DNA of 63,957 nt, counting the filler, from an uncultured bacterium (GTDB lineage: Bacteria; Hinthialibacterota; Hinthialibacteria; Hinthialibacterales; Hinthialibacteraceae): NCBI GenBank assembly GCA_964449065.1. It is 5 parts of 5 records of this genome, joined end to end, with 100 filler letters (N's around TTAATTAATTAA, not from the genome) between each part and the next. Parts side by side here need not be neighbours in the genome. Positions count along the whole stretch, not along the records: positions 27,874 to 41,688 come from CAYVAZ010000128.1; 4 more parts are not named here. One strand, written 5' to 3'. Of the stretch, positions 28,781 through 38,176 are shown piece after piece; the stretch's first letter is position 1; every line of letters begins with the position of its first letter. The notes beneath the pieces were generated by a model that saw only the letters and a list, made by a program, of their open reading frames with translations, did no database searches and was not told the DNA's origin. Both the position numbers and the translations under genes were made by a program.

Positions 28781-31687
28781 ATGATCCGAGTTCTACAACC
28801 GTGGTTTTTGGTGTTGCTGGTGTTTTTGCCGCTGCTATGGTATACAGCCCGCAACATTCGTGTATTGGGGTATGGGCGAAAAACCCTAACGCTCGTGCTG
28901 CGTACCTTGGTTTTTGTCTTGTTGATCTTGGCGCTGGCGGATGTTGTGTATCAAGATCAAGGCGACCGTCTGACCACGTATTTTTTGATTGACCGCTCCG
29001 AAAGTATTCCCCCCGATGAGCAGCATTTCAGTTTGAACTATGTTCAGCAGCGCCTGGGTGAAATGCCGGAAGACGACAAAGCCGGATTGATCTTTTTTGG
29101 AAAAGAAGCGTCGATACAAGATTTGCCGGACCGCAACGCGGATATACAACTGCTGGAATATCAGCCCCTTATTGACACCAGAGGAACGGATATCGAAGCC
29201 GCTGTCGGGCTGGCGATGGCCGCTTTTCCGGAAGATACGCAGAAGCGCATCGTGTTGATCACGGACGGCAACCAAACACAAGGTGAAGCGCAATCGGCGG
29301 TGCAACGTGCAATTGCCAATCATATTGATGTGCGTGTTTTGCCTCTGCAATATAGTTACACGCAAGACGCATTGGTTGAAGATGTGATGATTCCACAGTA
29401 CATCCAAGAGAATGAACCCTTTGACGTAAAAGTGGTTGTGAACGCGCAAGAAGACGGCCAAGGCGTGCTGCGTTTGATGGAAAACGGTCAAGTCGTCGCC
29501 GAGGAGACGGTTGAATTAAAGCAGGGGAAAAACGCCTTTTCGATTCCGCGCAGTATTGATCAGGGCGGGTTTTATTCTTTCGATGCCGTGATTGAGGCGG
29601 AAAACGACACCCGGCCTTCCAACAACCGGGCGCAGAACTTTTCGATCATTCAAGGCACCCCCCGTGTGCTGCTTTTGGATACGGAAACGCAGGAAGGGCA
29701 AAACCTGGCCGCCGCCTTGATCGCGGAAGGGATTGAAGTGGATTACCATACCCCGGAATATTTGCCCGGTATTCTGCACGAATTTCAAATTTATGACAGT
29801 ATTATTCTTTCGAATGTTCCGGCTTCGGATATGTCTCCCTCGCAACAGGAAATGCTGGAACTGGCCGTGAAAGATTTGGGGGTAGGATTGGTAATGATCG
29901 GCGGGCCGGACAGCTTTGGGGCGGGCGGGTATTTGAACACGCCGGTGGAACGTGCCTTGCCTGTCACGATGGATGTGAAGCAGCAGCGAATGATCCCCAG
30001 CGGGGCGTTGGCGCTGATTATGCACTCGATGGAGATTCCCCAAGGAAACCATTGGGCGAAGGAAATTTCGTTAGAAGCGTTGAACGTGTTATCCCGCAAC
30101 GATTCTATGGGATTTTTGTTCTTTAATTCCATGAGGGGTGATGATTGGTTGTTTGAAATGCAGAAAGTCGGCGACCGGTCCATGATGCGGAACCGGTTGT
30201 TAAATATGCCCTCAAACGCGATCGGGGATATGCCGTCATTTTTGCCAACCATGAATTTGGCGTTCGCTTCTCTGCAAAACGTCGAAGCCAACAAAAAGCA
30301 TATTGTTATCCTATCCGATGGGGATCCGCAACGTCCCACACCCGCGCGGCTGCAAGAGTTTGTGGACGCGGGCATTACAATTTCAACGGTCTGTATCTCA
30401 CCTCACAACCAGCAGAACATTGATGTCATGCGTGCGATTGCGGAACTGGGCAACGGGAATTTTTATCATGTACAAAACAATACCAATTTGCCGAAAATAT
30501 TTATCAAAGAAGCCTCCATCGTTCGCAAAAGTTTGCTGGTAGAAGAACCGTTCACGCCGGTGGTGGTTAACCATAGCGGGATCATTGAAGGATTTTCCGC
30601 AGGATTTCCGCAATTGGATGGATTTGTGGTGACATCGCGGCGGCCGGAAGCGGAAACCATTTTGCTGACGCACCGCGATGATCCGTTGTTGGCACAATGG
30701 CGGTATGGATTGGGCAAGACTGTTGCGTTTACCTCGGATGCCAAGAGCCGCTGGGCGGGACAATGGCTGAATTGGAGCAATTACGCCAAGTTTTGGGCGC
30801 AACTGGTGCGGTGGACGATTCGCAACGCGCAGGAAGATCAGTTCCAGGTGATGACATCGGTCGAAGGCGGCCGGATTAAGGTTCTAGTCGATGCGGTAAC
30901 GGAAGAAGGCAGTTTTATGAATCAACTTTCGTTCCGCGCGAACGCGATTGATCCGGATGTGAAGAGCCAGGAATTTGATGTGGTGCAAACACAGCCGGGA
31001 CGGTATGAGGGCACGTTTCCGGTTTCTTCTGCCGGCAGTTATGTCATCAGCATGGTGTATGAGGGCGAAGACGGGGATGACGGGAACCTGACAACCGGGG
31101 TTTCGGTACCGTTTTCACCGGAGCACAGCACGACGCAGGAAAACGCGACCCTCTTACAGCGGCTATCGGATATCAGCGGCCAACCGTTTTTATCGGTAGA
31201 CGATAATGTGTTTTTGCATGATATGTCTGCCGTGGGAGAGGTGAAGCATTTGTGGCCGTTTTTGTTGGGATTGGCGGTCTTTTTCTTCTTTTTGGATATT
31301 GCCGTACGGCGTTTGTATTTTGAATTGACGCAGGTGCAAAAAACCTGGCAGCGGGTTGTGGATATGGTTATGACACCGTTTCGAAGACGTACAGCCCCGG
31401 TTGGACCCGCGACCGGGCAAATGGGGGCATTGATGCAGGCCAAAGCGCGGGTGCATCAGCCCGGCGAACGCAGTGCGGAAGAACGGAAGTCGTTCGCGGA
31501 AAAATTGGACGCTGTCAAAGATGAGGATCTTGCAGATATGGATACGGACACACCGGAGAAACAATCGGCATGGCATGAAGTGAAACCGGGAGAAGAAGCC
31601 CCATCTTTTGAAGACGAAGAGCGGGATTCATATACCAGCGCTCTATTTAAAGCCAAAGAAAGGGCATCGAAGAAACAAAATGATTAG
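28781..31687 (+). CDS. Membrane VWA-domain / glutamine amidotransferase-like protein
   Basis: N-terminal TMs, MIDAS DRSES..TDG, MIGGPDSFGAGGY, second degenerate VWA, WRYGLGK, C-terminal TM. Confidence 0.85.
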   Translation: MIRVLQPWFLVLLVFLPLLWYTARNIRVLGYGRKTLTLVLRTLVFVLLILALADVVYQDQGDRLTTYFLIDRSESIPPDEQHFSLNYVQQRLGEMPEDDKAGLIFFGKEASIQDLPDRNADIQLLEYQPLIDTRGTDIEAAVGLAMAAFPEDTQKRIVLITDGNQTQGEAQSAVQRAIANHIDVRVLPLQYSYTQDALVEDVMIPQYIQENEPFDVKVVVNAQEDGQGVLRLMENGQVVAEETVELKQGKNAFSIPRSIDQGGFYSFDAVIEAENDTRPSNNRAQNFSIIQGTPRVLLLDTETQEGQNLAAALIAEGIEVDYHTPEYLPGILHEFQIYDSIILSNVPASDMSPSQQEMLELAVKDLGVGLVMIGGPDSFGAGGYLNTPVERALPVTMDVKQQRMIPSGALALIMHSMEIPQGNHWAKEISLEALNVLSRNDSMGFLFFNSMRGDDWLFEMQKVGDRSMMRNRLLNMPSNAIGDMPSFLPTMNLAFASLQNVEANKKHIVILSDGDPQRPTPARLQEFVDAGITISTVCISPHNQQNIDVMRAIAELGNGNFYHVQNNTNLPKIFIKEASIVRKSLLVEEPFTPVVVNHSGIIEGFSAGFPQLDGFVVTSRRPEAETILLTHRDDPLLAQWRYGLGKTVAFTSDAKSRWAGQWLNWSNYAKFWAQLVRWTIRNAQEDQFQVMTSVEGGRIKVLVDAVTEEGSFMNQLSFRANAIDPDVKSQEFDVVQTQPGRYEGTFPVSSAGSYVISMVYEGEDGDDGNLTTGVSVPFSPEHSTTQENATLLQRLSDISGQPFLSVDDNVFLHDMSAVGEVKHLWPFLLGLAVFFFFLDIAVRRLYFELTQVQKTWQRVVDMVMTPFRRRTAPVGPATGQMGALMQAKARVHQPGERSAEERKSFAEKLDAVKDEDLADMDTDTPEKQSAWHEVKPGEEAPSFEDEERDSYTSALFKAKERASKKQND

Positions 31688-31702
31688 TGTATAATCACGC
31701 GT

Positions 31703-32395
31703 ATGGACATTTACAAATGCTATGAAATTTTGGAACTGAATCCCGGGGCTTCGAAAGCGGAAATTAAGGAAGCCTACCGGGATTTAATGAAAATCTGGCA
31801 TCCCGACCGCTATGCCGAAAATGAACGTCTGCAAACCAAAGCCGGCAAGAAAACCCAACAGATTAACCTAGCCTATCAAACCTTGATGAATATGGTGGAG
31901 GATCAAGCGCCGCCGTTTCATCAGCCTTCCGCTAAGGGAAATGTTCACCATCCTCCGTTTCATCCACCACATGATGTTTATGAAGCAGAGGGACAGGCCG
32001 CTGGATTCAAGCGTTTTATTTTGCCGGCGAGCGCGATTGCGGCTGTATTGATTGTGTTTGCGGTTACGTACTTTCGAGATGAAGAGAGAAAACCAAAGCA
32101 AGAAATCACAGATGCGAAGCGAATGGAATGGCACGAAAATGAAGCCGTCCCTTCGAATGATTTTGAAGTAGCGGCTGAGCCAACCAACCAAACCAAATGG
32201 GATGCGATGCCCAACTCTTCCCAAAAGAAATTGCAGGATGAGATGGCGCTGCACATCTTGCAGGCATTCGTGGATACCGAGATGCTGCCTTCCTCAGGGT
32301 TCACACCCTCGTTAATTGAACCCTACACCGTCTCCCGAATCGCGAAACAGATGATGCAGCCAGAGATTATTGGAAAACGGAAAAAAGAAGAATAA
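31703..32395 (+). CDS. J-domain protein with one TM helix
   Basis: YEILEL.PGAS..EIKEAYR.L.KIWHPDR...INLAY..L. Confidence 0.9.
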   Translation: MDIYKCYEILELNPGASKAEIKEAYRDLMKIWHPDRYAENERLQTKAGKKTQQINLAYQTLMNMVEDQAPPFHQPSAKGNVHHPPFHPPHDVYEAEGQAAGFKRFILPASAIAAVLIVFAVTYFRDEERKPKQEITDAKRMEWHENEAVPSNDFEVAAEPTNQTKWDAMPNSSQKKLQDEMALHILQAFVDTEMLPSSGFTPSLIEPYTVSRIAKQMMQPEIIGKRKKEE

Positions 32396-32695
32396 TACCA
32401 AGTTGCAATAAGAATGTTGGTTCAAAACGAGTGAGCAGAGATGGTCATGGTGGGCTATGCTTCGCTTTGAGCCACCCTACAGTTTCACCTTACAGTTTCA
32501 TTATCCCGTATGGTTGCGTGAAAGATAATACCGTTTGCAATTTGGATTTCTGAGAAAGCGGCAAACGCAGGCGGGACGCCTGCACTACAATACAGCCTTA
32601 GAATCGTTGTAGTGTAGGCATCTTGCCTGCACACATATTGGCTTTTTTTTACTTGGTTTTTCTATTTGCAATCGGTATAACCCACTTTTTATATA
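32396..32695. mobile_element. TACC-type MITE with GTAG REP, interrupted by a nested MITE; right end eroded
   Basis: Starts TACCAAGTTGCAA directly after the TAA stop of the J-domain gene; homologous to 1-108. Confidence 0.7.
32529..32677. mobile_element. Nested 149-bp MITE with TAA target duplication
   Basis: TAA-TACCGTTTGCAA ... TTGCAATCGGTA-TAA; inverted pair of GTAGTGYAGGC REPs inside. Confidence 0.85.
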
Positions 32696-32807
32696 ATCCT
32701 AAAAACGGTGATTAGTGACAAGCACCGAACCCTCAGATAAAGCGTTGAGGGATATAGCGAAAGGCTAACACGATAAGGCCTGGTAATGCTGATTTCCAAC
32801 TTGATTA

Positions 32808-33073
32808 TGCCATTTCCAATTTGGATTGTTCACGAAAATCAAAACGGCTTAACAGATTGCTTCGTTTGATTGCCCAGGAAAAAACTTCTTTAAACCCGGT
32901 TGAATCTTTCTGGTATATGGCTCTCTTCGCACCCCCTCTGTCCTCCTAGCGTCGGACATCTCCCCCAAAATGATTGGGGGAGACAAAGGCTTTTGCAGGC
33001 AAGATGCCTGCACTATTACGAATACTATTTCCCGTTCCGTCATTCATCGTGAACTTTTCTATTGAAAATGGAA
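32808..33073. mobile_element. 266-bp TACC-type MITE with TTA target duplication
   Basis: TTA-TGCCATTTCCAAT ... ATTGAAAATGGAA-TTA (the right TTA is the czcA stop); homologous to 55692-55822 and 56925-57107. Confidence 0.8.
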
Positions 33074-36000
33074 TTAGTTGGCATTCTTTGAAGATACCGT
33101 TCCCCCAAAAATTGAATATAGAACCGGAAGAATCAGCAGCGTTAAAATAGTTGAAGTGATGACACCGCCAACAACTACGGTTGCCAGAGGGCGTTGAACT
33201 TCCGCCCCAACTCCGGTCGAAATAGCCATCGGGATAAAGCCAACCGCATCGGTAATGGCGGTTGCCAAAACAGGACGCAGCCGCTGTTGCGCGGCATGAA
33301 AAACAGCGTCCTTCAATTTTGTCCCCTCTTTTAGATTGGACTGAATTGCCGCAACCAACACTTGTCCATTCAAGACCGCAATACCACTTAGCGCTATAAA
33401 CCCAATCGCCGCGCTAACACTGAACGGGATGTCACGTATCCATAGCGCAAAAACACCTCCAATAGCAGCCAGTGGAATGCCTGTATAAATAATCAACACA
33501 TCCCGTAACCGGTTGAGACTGAAGTAGAGCAAGACGAAAATAAGGAACAGAGTTAACGGAACCACAATCAGAAACCGTTGTTTGGAGCGTTCCAGATTTT
33601 CAAACTGACCCCCCCAATTGATGACATATCCTTCCGGCAGAGTGATTCGGTTATTGATTGCTTGTTGTGCTTCCGTAACAAACGAAGCCACATCACGCCC
33701 GCGTACATTGCACTGCACCCGAATCAAACGCCGCCCCCATTCCCGATTGATTTGGGCAGGTCCCGCCACTTCTTCAAACTCCGCTACTGATTTTAACGGT
33801 ACGATTGGTCCTGTATCCGTAGGGATTAACGTGTTTTCCAATGCGCCAACATCCGTTCGTTGAGCGTCCGGCAGCCGCATGACCAATGGGAAATCACGCT
33901 GTCCTTCATAAATCACGCCGGCTTGACGGTATCCAACGGATTCAATGACATCCAATACATTTTTCGCGGGGATGCCGTACCGGGCAATTTGATCTTGATT
34001 GACACGGATTTTTAAATTGGGCTGGCCGGTTATTTGATCGCCTGAAACATCTGCTGCTCCTTCGATTCCCAACAAGATTCCCTGCACCTCATCACTCAAG
34101 CGCACCAGTTCGTCCAAGTCATCTCCGAATATCTTGATGCCGATATCGGTACGGATGCCGGTAATCATTTCATTGAACCGCATTTCAATAGGCTGTGTAT
34201 ATGCCGGACTTATCCCAGGGTAATTCGCAATCACGGCTTGCATTGCTTCTACCAATTCGCTTTGCGTGCCGGCTTTCGTCCACTCCTCCCGGGGATGCAA
34301 GTCGAAAAAGATATCCGTCAATTCAATCCCCATTGGATCCGTCGCTGTTTCCGCTGACCCCACCCGGCTCCATACATAGCGGATTTCATCCGGGAAATTC
34401 TCCAAGAGGATTTTTTCAAGACGCGAATTCGATTCCATGACTTCATCAATATCAATGCCCGACAAACGAACAAGATTGATGACGATCGTTCCTTCACTCA
34501 ATCGGGGAATAAACTCACCACCCAACTGAAAAGCCAAATATAGGGTAATGGCCAATAATAAAGCCACGGCGTAAAGCAATACCGCTTTTACACTCATTGC
34601 CGTTTGAAGAATTGCGCCGTACATCCCATGCAGAAGCCGGTCAAACCACCCTTGCTTTTCTGAATACCGTTTCGGTAAAAAATAATAAGAAAGAACAGGA
34701 GAAAGAAATATGGCGGTCAGCAATCCACCGATTAAAGCAAATATAAAAGTCCAAGCCATCGGGCGGAACATCTTTCCTTCTATTCCTTCCAAAGTCAGGA
34801 TGGGCAAGAAAACCAAAATGATGATTCCCATCCCAAAAAGGATGGGGCGCACAACGTCTTGTGTAGATTGAATAATCGAACCGATACGCTCTGCAGGAGT
34901 TAACACACGCCCCAATTTTCTTTGGCTTTCTGCAAGTTTGTGCATGTTGCGTTCGGTTACAACAACAGAACCATCCACCAGAATCCCAAAATCAATTGCT
35001 CCAAGGCTTAACAGGCTTGCCGCTATGGACAGCTGATACATTCCCAATACGGCGAAGATCATGGAAATGGGGATGGCAATGGCAACCAAAATACCCGCCC
35101 TTGCTTTGCCTAATAGCACAAACAAAACCACAATAACCAGGATGGCTCCCGTGGTCAGGTTGTGTTGGACGGTTTCGATCACCGCTTCCACCAAATCGGT
35201 GCGGTCATAGACGATGTTAACCTTTACGTCATCCGGCAAAACCGGCTTGATGTCTAACAATCGTTCCCGTAAATCCACGGTAACAGTTTGGCTGTTTTCT
35301 CCCAACAGCATGAATCCCAAGCCGAGAACCACTTGTCCTTCGCCTTGTGCTGTTACTCCACCCCGGCGTATTTCATGGCCAATCGCGACTGTGGCGACAT
35401 CATTAATATAAACCGGGGAACCGTTGTATGATGTCAATACTATGTTCCCAATTTCTTCCAGGGTATCGACCCGGCCTAAACCATGCACCAATTGCGCTTC
35501 GCCGGATACGACAACTTTCCCACCGCCCACGTTCTGATTGTTTTTTTGCAAGGCTACAAAGACATCGTCAAACGTTAGGTTAAACTTCACCAAATCTTCG
35601 GGAGAAACGATTACATGGTACTGCCGCTCCAACCCGCCCCACGAATTGATTTCCGCCACACCGGATACTTTGCTGAGTTCCGGTTTAATTACCCAATCCT
35701 GTATAACACGGAGTTCATCCAATCTTCGGTTGGGGTCGGTCGTTTCCAGTGTGTAGTGGAATACTTCCCCCAATCCGGTTGAGATGGGTCCCAACGTGGG
35801 CTTGTTTATACCCTCCGGCAATTCAATACCGGTTAAACGTTCCATGATGAATTGCCGGGCATCGTAGATGGATGTGTCATCAGTAAACGTGGCAACGATT
35901 TGCGATAAGCCGAATTTGGAAATGGAGCGGACTTCTTCCAGACCGGGAATTCCGGCAATGGCCAGTTCAACTTTAACCGTTACTTGTTGTTCAATTTCTA

Positions 36001-36184
36001 ACGGGTTTAACGCCGGCGCGGTCGTATTGACTTGAACTTGAACCGGTGTCGTATCAGGGAAGGCATCAATGGATAACTGGGTTAGAACCCATAGACCGGT
36101 TCCAATGATTAAACCGAATATCAACAAAACAACCAAGCGGTTTGCTAGTGTGAATTCGACAAGTTTATGAAGCATATTGTTCAT
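33074..36184 (-). CDS. czcA: CusA/CzcA-family heavy-metal efflux RND permease
   Basis: IDAFPD, SLGAIDFGILVDG, GIEGKMFRPMA, RLRPVL, GAEVQRPLA. Confidence 0.93.
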   Translation of the reverse strand: MNNMLHKLVEFTLANRLVVLLIFGLIIGTGLWVLTQLSIDAFPDTTPVQVQVNTTAPALNPLEIEQQVTVKVELAIAGIPGLEEVRSISKFGLSQIVATFTDDTSIYDARQFIMERLTGIELPEGINKPTLGPISTGLGEVFHYTLETTDPNRRLDELRVIQDWVIKPELSKVSGVAEINSWGGLERQYHVIVSPEDLVKFNLTFDDVFVALQKNNQNVGGGKVVVSGEAQLVHGLGRVDTLEEIGNIVLTSYNGSPVYINDVATVAIGHEIRRGGVTAQGEGQVVLGLGFMLLGENSQTVTVDLRERLLDIKPVLPDDVKVNIVYDRTDLVEAVIETVQHNLTTGAILVIVVLFVLLGKARAGILVAIAIPISMIFAVLGMYQLSIAASLLSLGAIDFGILVDGSVVVTERNMHKLAESQRKLGRVLTPAERIGSIIQSTQDVVRPILFGMGIIILVFLPILTLEGIEGKMFRPMAWTFIFALIGGLLTAIFLSPVLSYYFLPKRYSEKQGWFDRLLHGMYGAILQTAMSVKAVLLYAVALLLAITLYLAFQLGGEFIPRLSEGTIVINLVRLSGIDIDEVMESNSRLEKILLENFPDEIRYVWSRVGSAETATDPMGIELTDIFFDLHPREEWTKAGTQSELVEAMQAVIANYPGISPAYTQPIEMRFNEMITGIRTDIGIKIFGDDLDELVRLSDEVQGILLGIEGAADVSGDQITGQPNLKIRVNQDQIARYGIPAKNVLDVIESVGYRQAGVIYEGQRDFPLVMRLPDAQRTDVGALENTLIPTDTGPIVPLKSVAEFEEVAGPAQINREWGRRLIRVQCNVRGRDVASFVTEAQQAINNRITLPEGYVINWGGQFENLERSKQRFLIVVPLTLFLIFVLLYFSLNRLRDVLIIYTGIPLAAIGGVFALWIRDIPFSVSAAIGFIALSGIAVLNGQVLVAAIQSNLKEGTKLKDAVFHAAQQRLRPVLATAITDAVGFIPMAISTGVGAEVQRPLATVVVGGVITSTILTLLILPVLYSIFGGTVSSKNAN

Positions 36185-36290
36185 TTCCTTATAGAAGACT
36201 GGCGGTATTCCAAATGAACGTTACAGAAGTATGCAGATTCAATTCAATCCATGCTGCAATGGAAGCAATTGTGCTGCCCGTGGTTCTTAT

Positions 36291-38162
36291 TTACTGATGC
36301 ACACATCCGGCTCCCATTCGCGACTTTAACAGTTCGGATTTCAACACAAAACTATTGTCGATGACAATTTCTTCTTCTGTGGATAAACCTTGAACGATCT
36401 CTACCATCTGATTGGTTCGGCTGCCCAAAGCCACACGGCGCAGTTCATACAAATCGTTGTCTTGCCGCGCGAATACAAACGGATTGCCATCCACCCTTTG
36501 CACCGCTTCATTGGGAACCAACAGCCGATGCCTTTCATCTCCGCTCAACAACCTTGCTTGTCCAAAAAGCCCTTGCTTTAAAACGCGGTTTGGGTTGTCC
36601 ACTTCCGCGCGAATTTTCAGCATACGGGACTGTGCGTCAATTTGGGGAGATATCCATGTCACGTTCCCAACAATTTGGTTATCAGGCAAGGATGGAAACT
36701 CGGCTTGCATCGGGCTTCCTATTCGAACATGGGAGATGTGAGATTCCGGAATAGAGAGATCAATCCACATGCTGGATAGGTCCACCAGTTCAAACACGGC
36801 CTGCCCGGCCGCGACGGACTCTCCCAACACCGCTTCTTTTTCGACAACGGTTCCATCAAAGGGCGCCCGTACTTTTAACGTGGAAGAGGTGGAGCGCTGG
36901 GTTCGCACTTGCTCAATGTCTTCTTCGGTTAAACCATAATTCAACAGTTGCTGCCGTGCGGTTAACGTCTCTGTTTTTGCTACTTGATATTCCGCCTCTG
37001 CTTGTTCGAACTCCTGCTTGGCCGTGATGTTTTTTTCATGGAGATTCTTCTCGCGCTCGTAGGTTAATTTTTTCAGATGTTCTTGATCAATCGCTTTTAG
37101 GTATTCACTTTTGGCTTTGGCGATCTGATTGGATGCCACTTCCACCAAAAGCTGGCCTTCCGTGACGGTATCTCCTAATTCAACATGAACACGCCGGATG
37201 ACACCATCCGCCAGTGGGGAAATATGGGCGACCTGATTTTGGTTAAAACGCACTTCACACGGGAACCCCAGTTCTTGCAGGGCCGATCCCATCTGAGGCT
37301 TTCCGGTTCGCACGCCGGCCATACGGCTGGATTCTGCCGATGCGAAACGGATTTTCATCCCTTTGCCGGGCTGTAACTTTGCGGCCAGTTCCGGCTGACA
37401 GATTCCACATTCAATTTCCGGCAATTGATGTTCATTGCAAAATAATCCCGCAAGAGCAGATTGCGATTGTGCTTCAAGCATTTCTTTTTCCGGCTGCATT
37501 AGTTTAATGATTTCCGGGTGGCAAATGGTGCATTCATCTTCATAGAGATTATGTTCTTTACACCACAACCGGTTCGGATCACGGGAATCTATCATGGATG
37601 TTTTTTTGCTGTTCTCTAATTCAGGATGACAAATTGTGCATTCATCCTCATAAACGCTATGTTCATTGCACCACAGGCGGTTTGGGTCGCGTTCTTGGCT
37701 TGTTTGTTCCTCTTTCTGATTCGCCAGTTCCGGGTGGCAGATCAAACATTCATCTTCATAGACACTGTGCTCATTGCACCAAAGCCGATTTGGATCACGC
37801 TCTTGGTTTGCTGCTGGAACTTTCTTGTTCGCTAATTCCGGGTGACAAATGAAGCACTCATCCTCATAGACACTGTGCTCATTGCACCAAAGGCGGTTCG
37901 GGTCGCGATCCGGTGACGTTGCCTGAGTCTGTTTGTTAGCCAGTTCCGGGTGACAGATCAGGCATTCATCTTCGTATAACCCATGCGCTTTACACCAAAG
38001 CCTATTCGGGTCACGTTCCTCAGGAGGGATTACTTTTTTTACCGGTTGAACAACCGTTGAATCGTTATTGGTGCTTGTATCACTTTGCAATTGATAAAAC
38101 GCGGCTAAAGCAATTGCCGTAATGAGTAGGAAGCTAAATAAATTGATTAGGATTTTCTTCAT
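36291..38162 (-). CDS. czcB: CzcB-type adaptor with N-terminal tandem Cys/His repeats
   Basis: C-terminal MFP (ISPLADG, VRAPFDG, LVPNEAVQ); five 36-aa repeats plus one degenerate copy. Confidence 0.9.
   Translation of the reverse strand: MKKILINLFSFLLITAIALAAFYQLQSDTSTNNDSTVVQPVKKVIPPEERDPNRLWCKAHGLYEDECLICHPELANKQTQATSPDRDPNRLWCNEHSVYEDECFICHPELANKKVPAANQERDPNRLWCNEHSVYEDECLICHPELANQKEEQTSQERDPNRLWCNEHSVYEDECTICHPELENSKKTSMIDSRDPNRLWCKEHNLYEDECTICHPEIIKLMQPEKEMLEAQSQSALAGLFCNEHQLPEIECGICQPELAAKLQPGKGMKIRFASAESSRMAGVRTGKPQMGSALQELGFPCEVRFNQNQVAHISPLADGVIRRVHVELGDTVTEGQLLVEVASNQIAKAKSEYLKAIDQEHLKKLTYEREKNLHEKNITAKQEFEQAEAEYQVAKTETLTARQQLLNYGLTEEDIEQVRTQRSTSSTLKVRAPFDGTVVEKEAVLGESVAAGQAVFELVDLSSMWIDLSIPESHISHVRIGSPMQAEFPSLPDNQIVGNVTWISPQIDAQSRMLKIRAEVDNPNRVLKQGLFGQARLLSGDERHRLLVPNEAVQRVDGNPFVFARQDNDLYELRRVALGSRTNQMVEIVQGLSTEEEIVIDNSFVLKSELLKSRMGAGCVHQ
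37509..38015 (-). repeat. Five tandem 108-bp coding repeats (RDPNRLWCxxHxxYEDECxICHPE)
   Basis: Repeats start at residues 50, 86, 122, 158 and 194; a degenerate sixth copy lies at residues 241-259. Confidence 0.97.
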
Positions 38163-38176
38163 GATTCCATCTCCTT

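Noticed and set aside
37509..38015. Regularly spaced repeats as a CRISPR array
   Set aside because: In-frame 108-bp coding repeats with synonymous variation; no cas genes.
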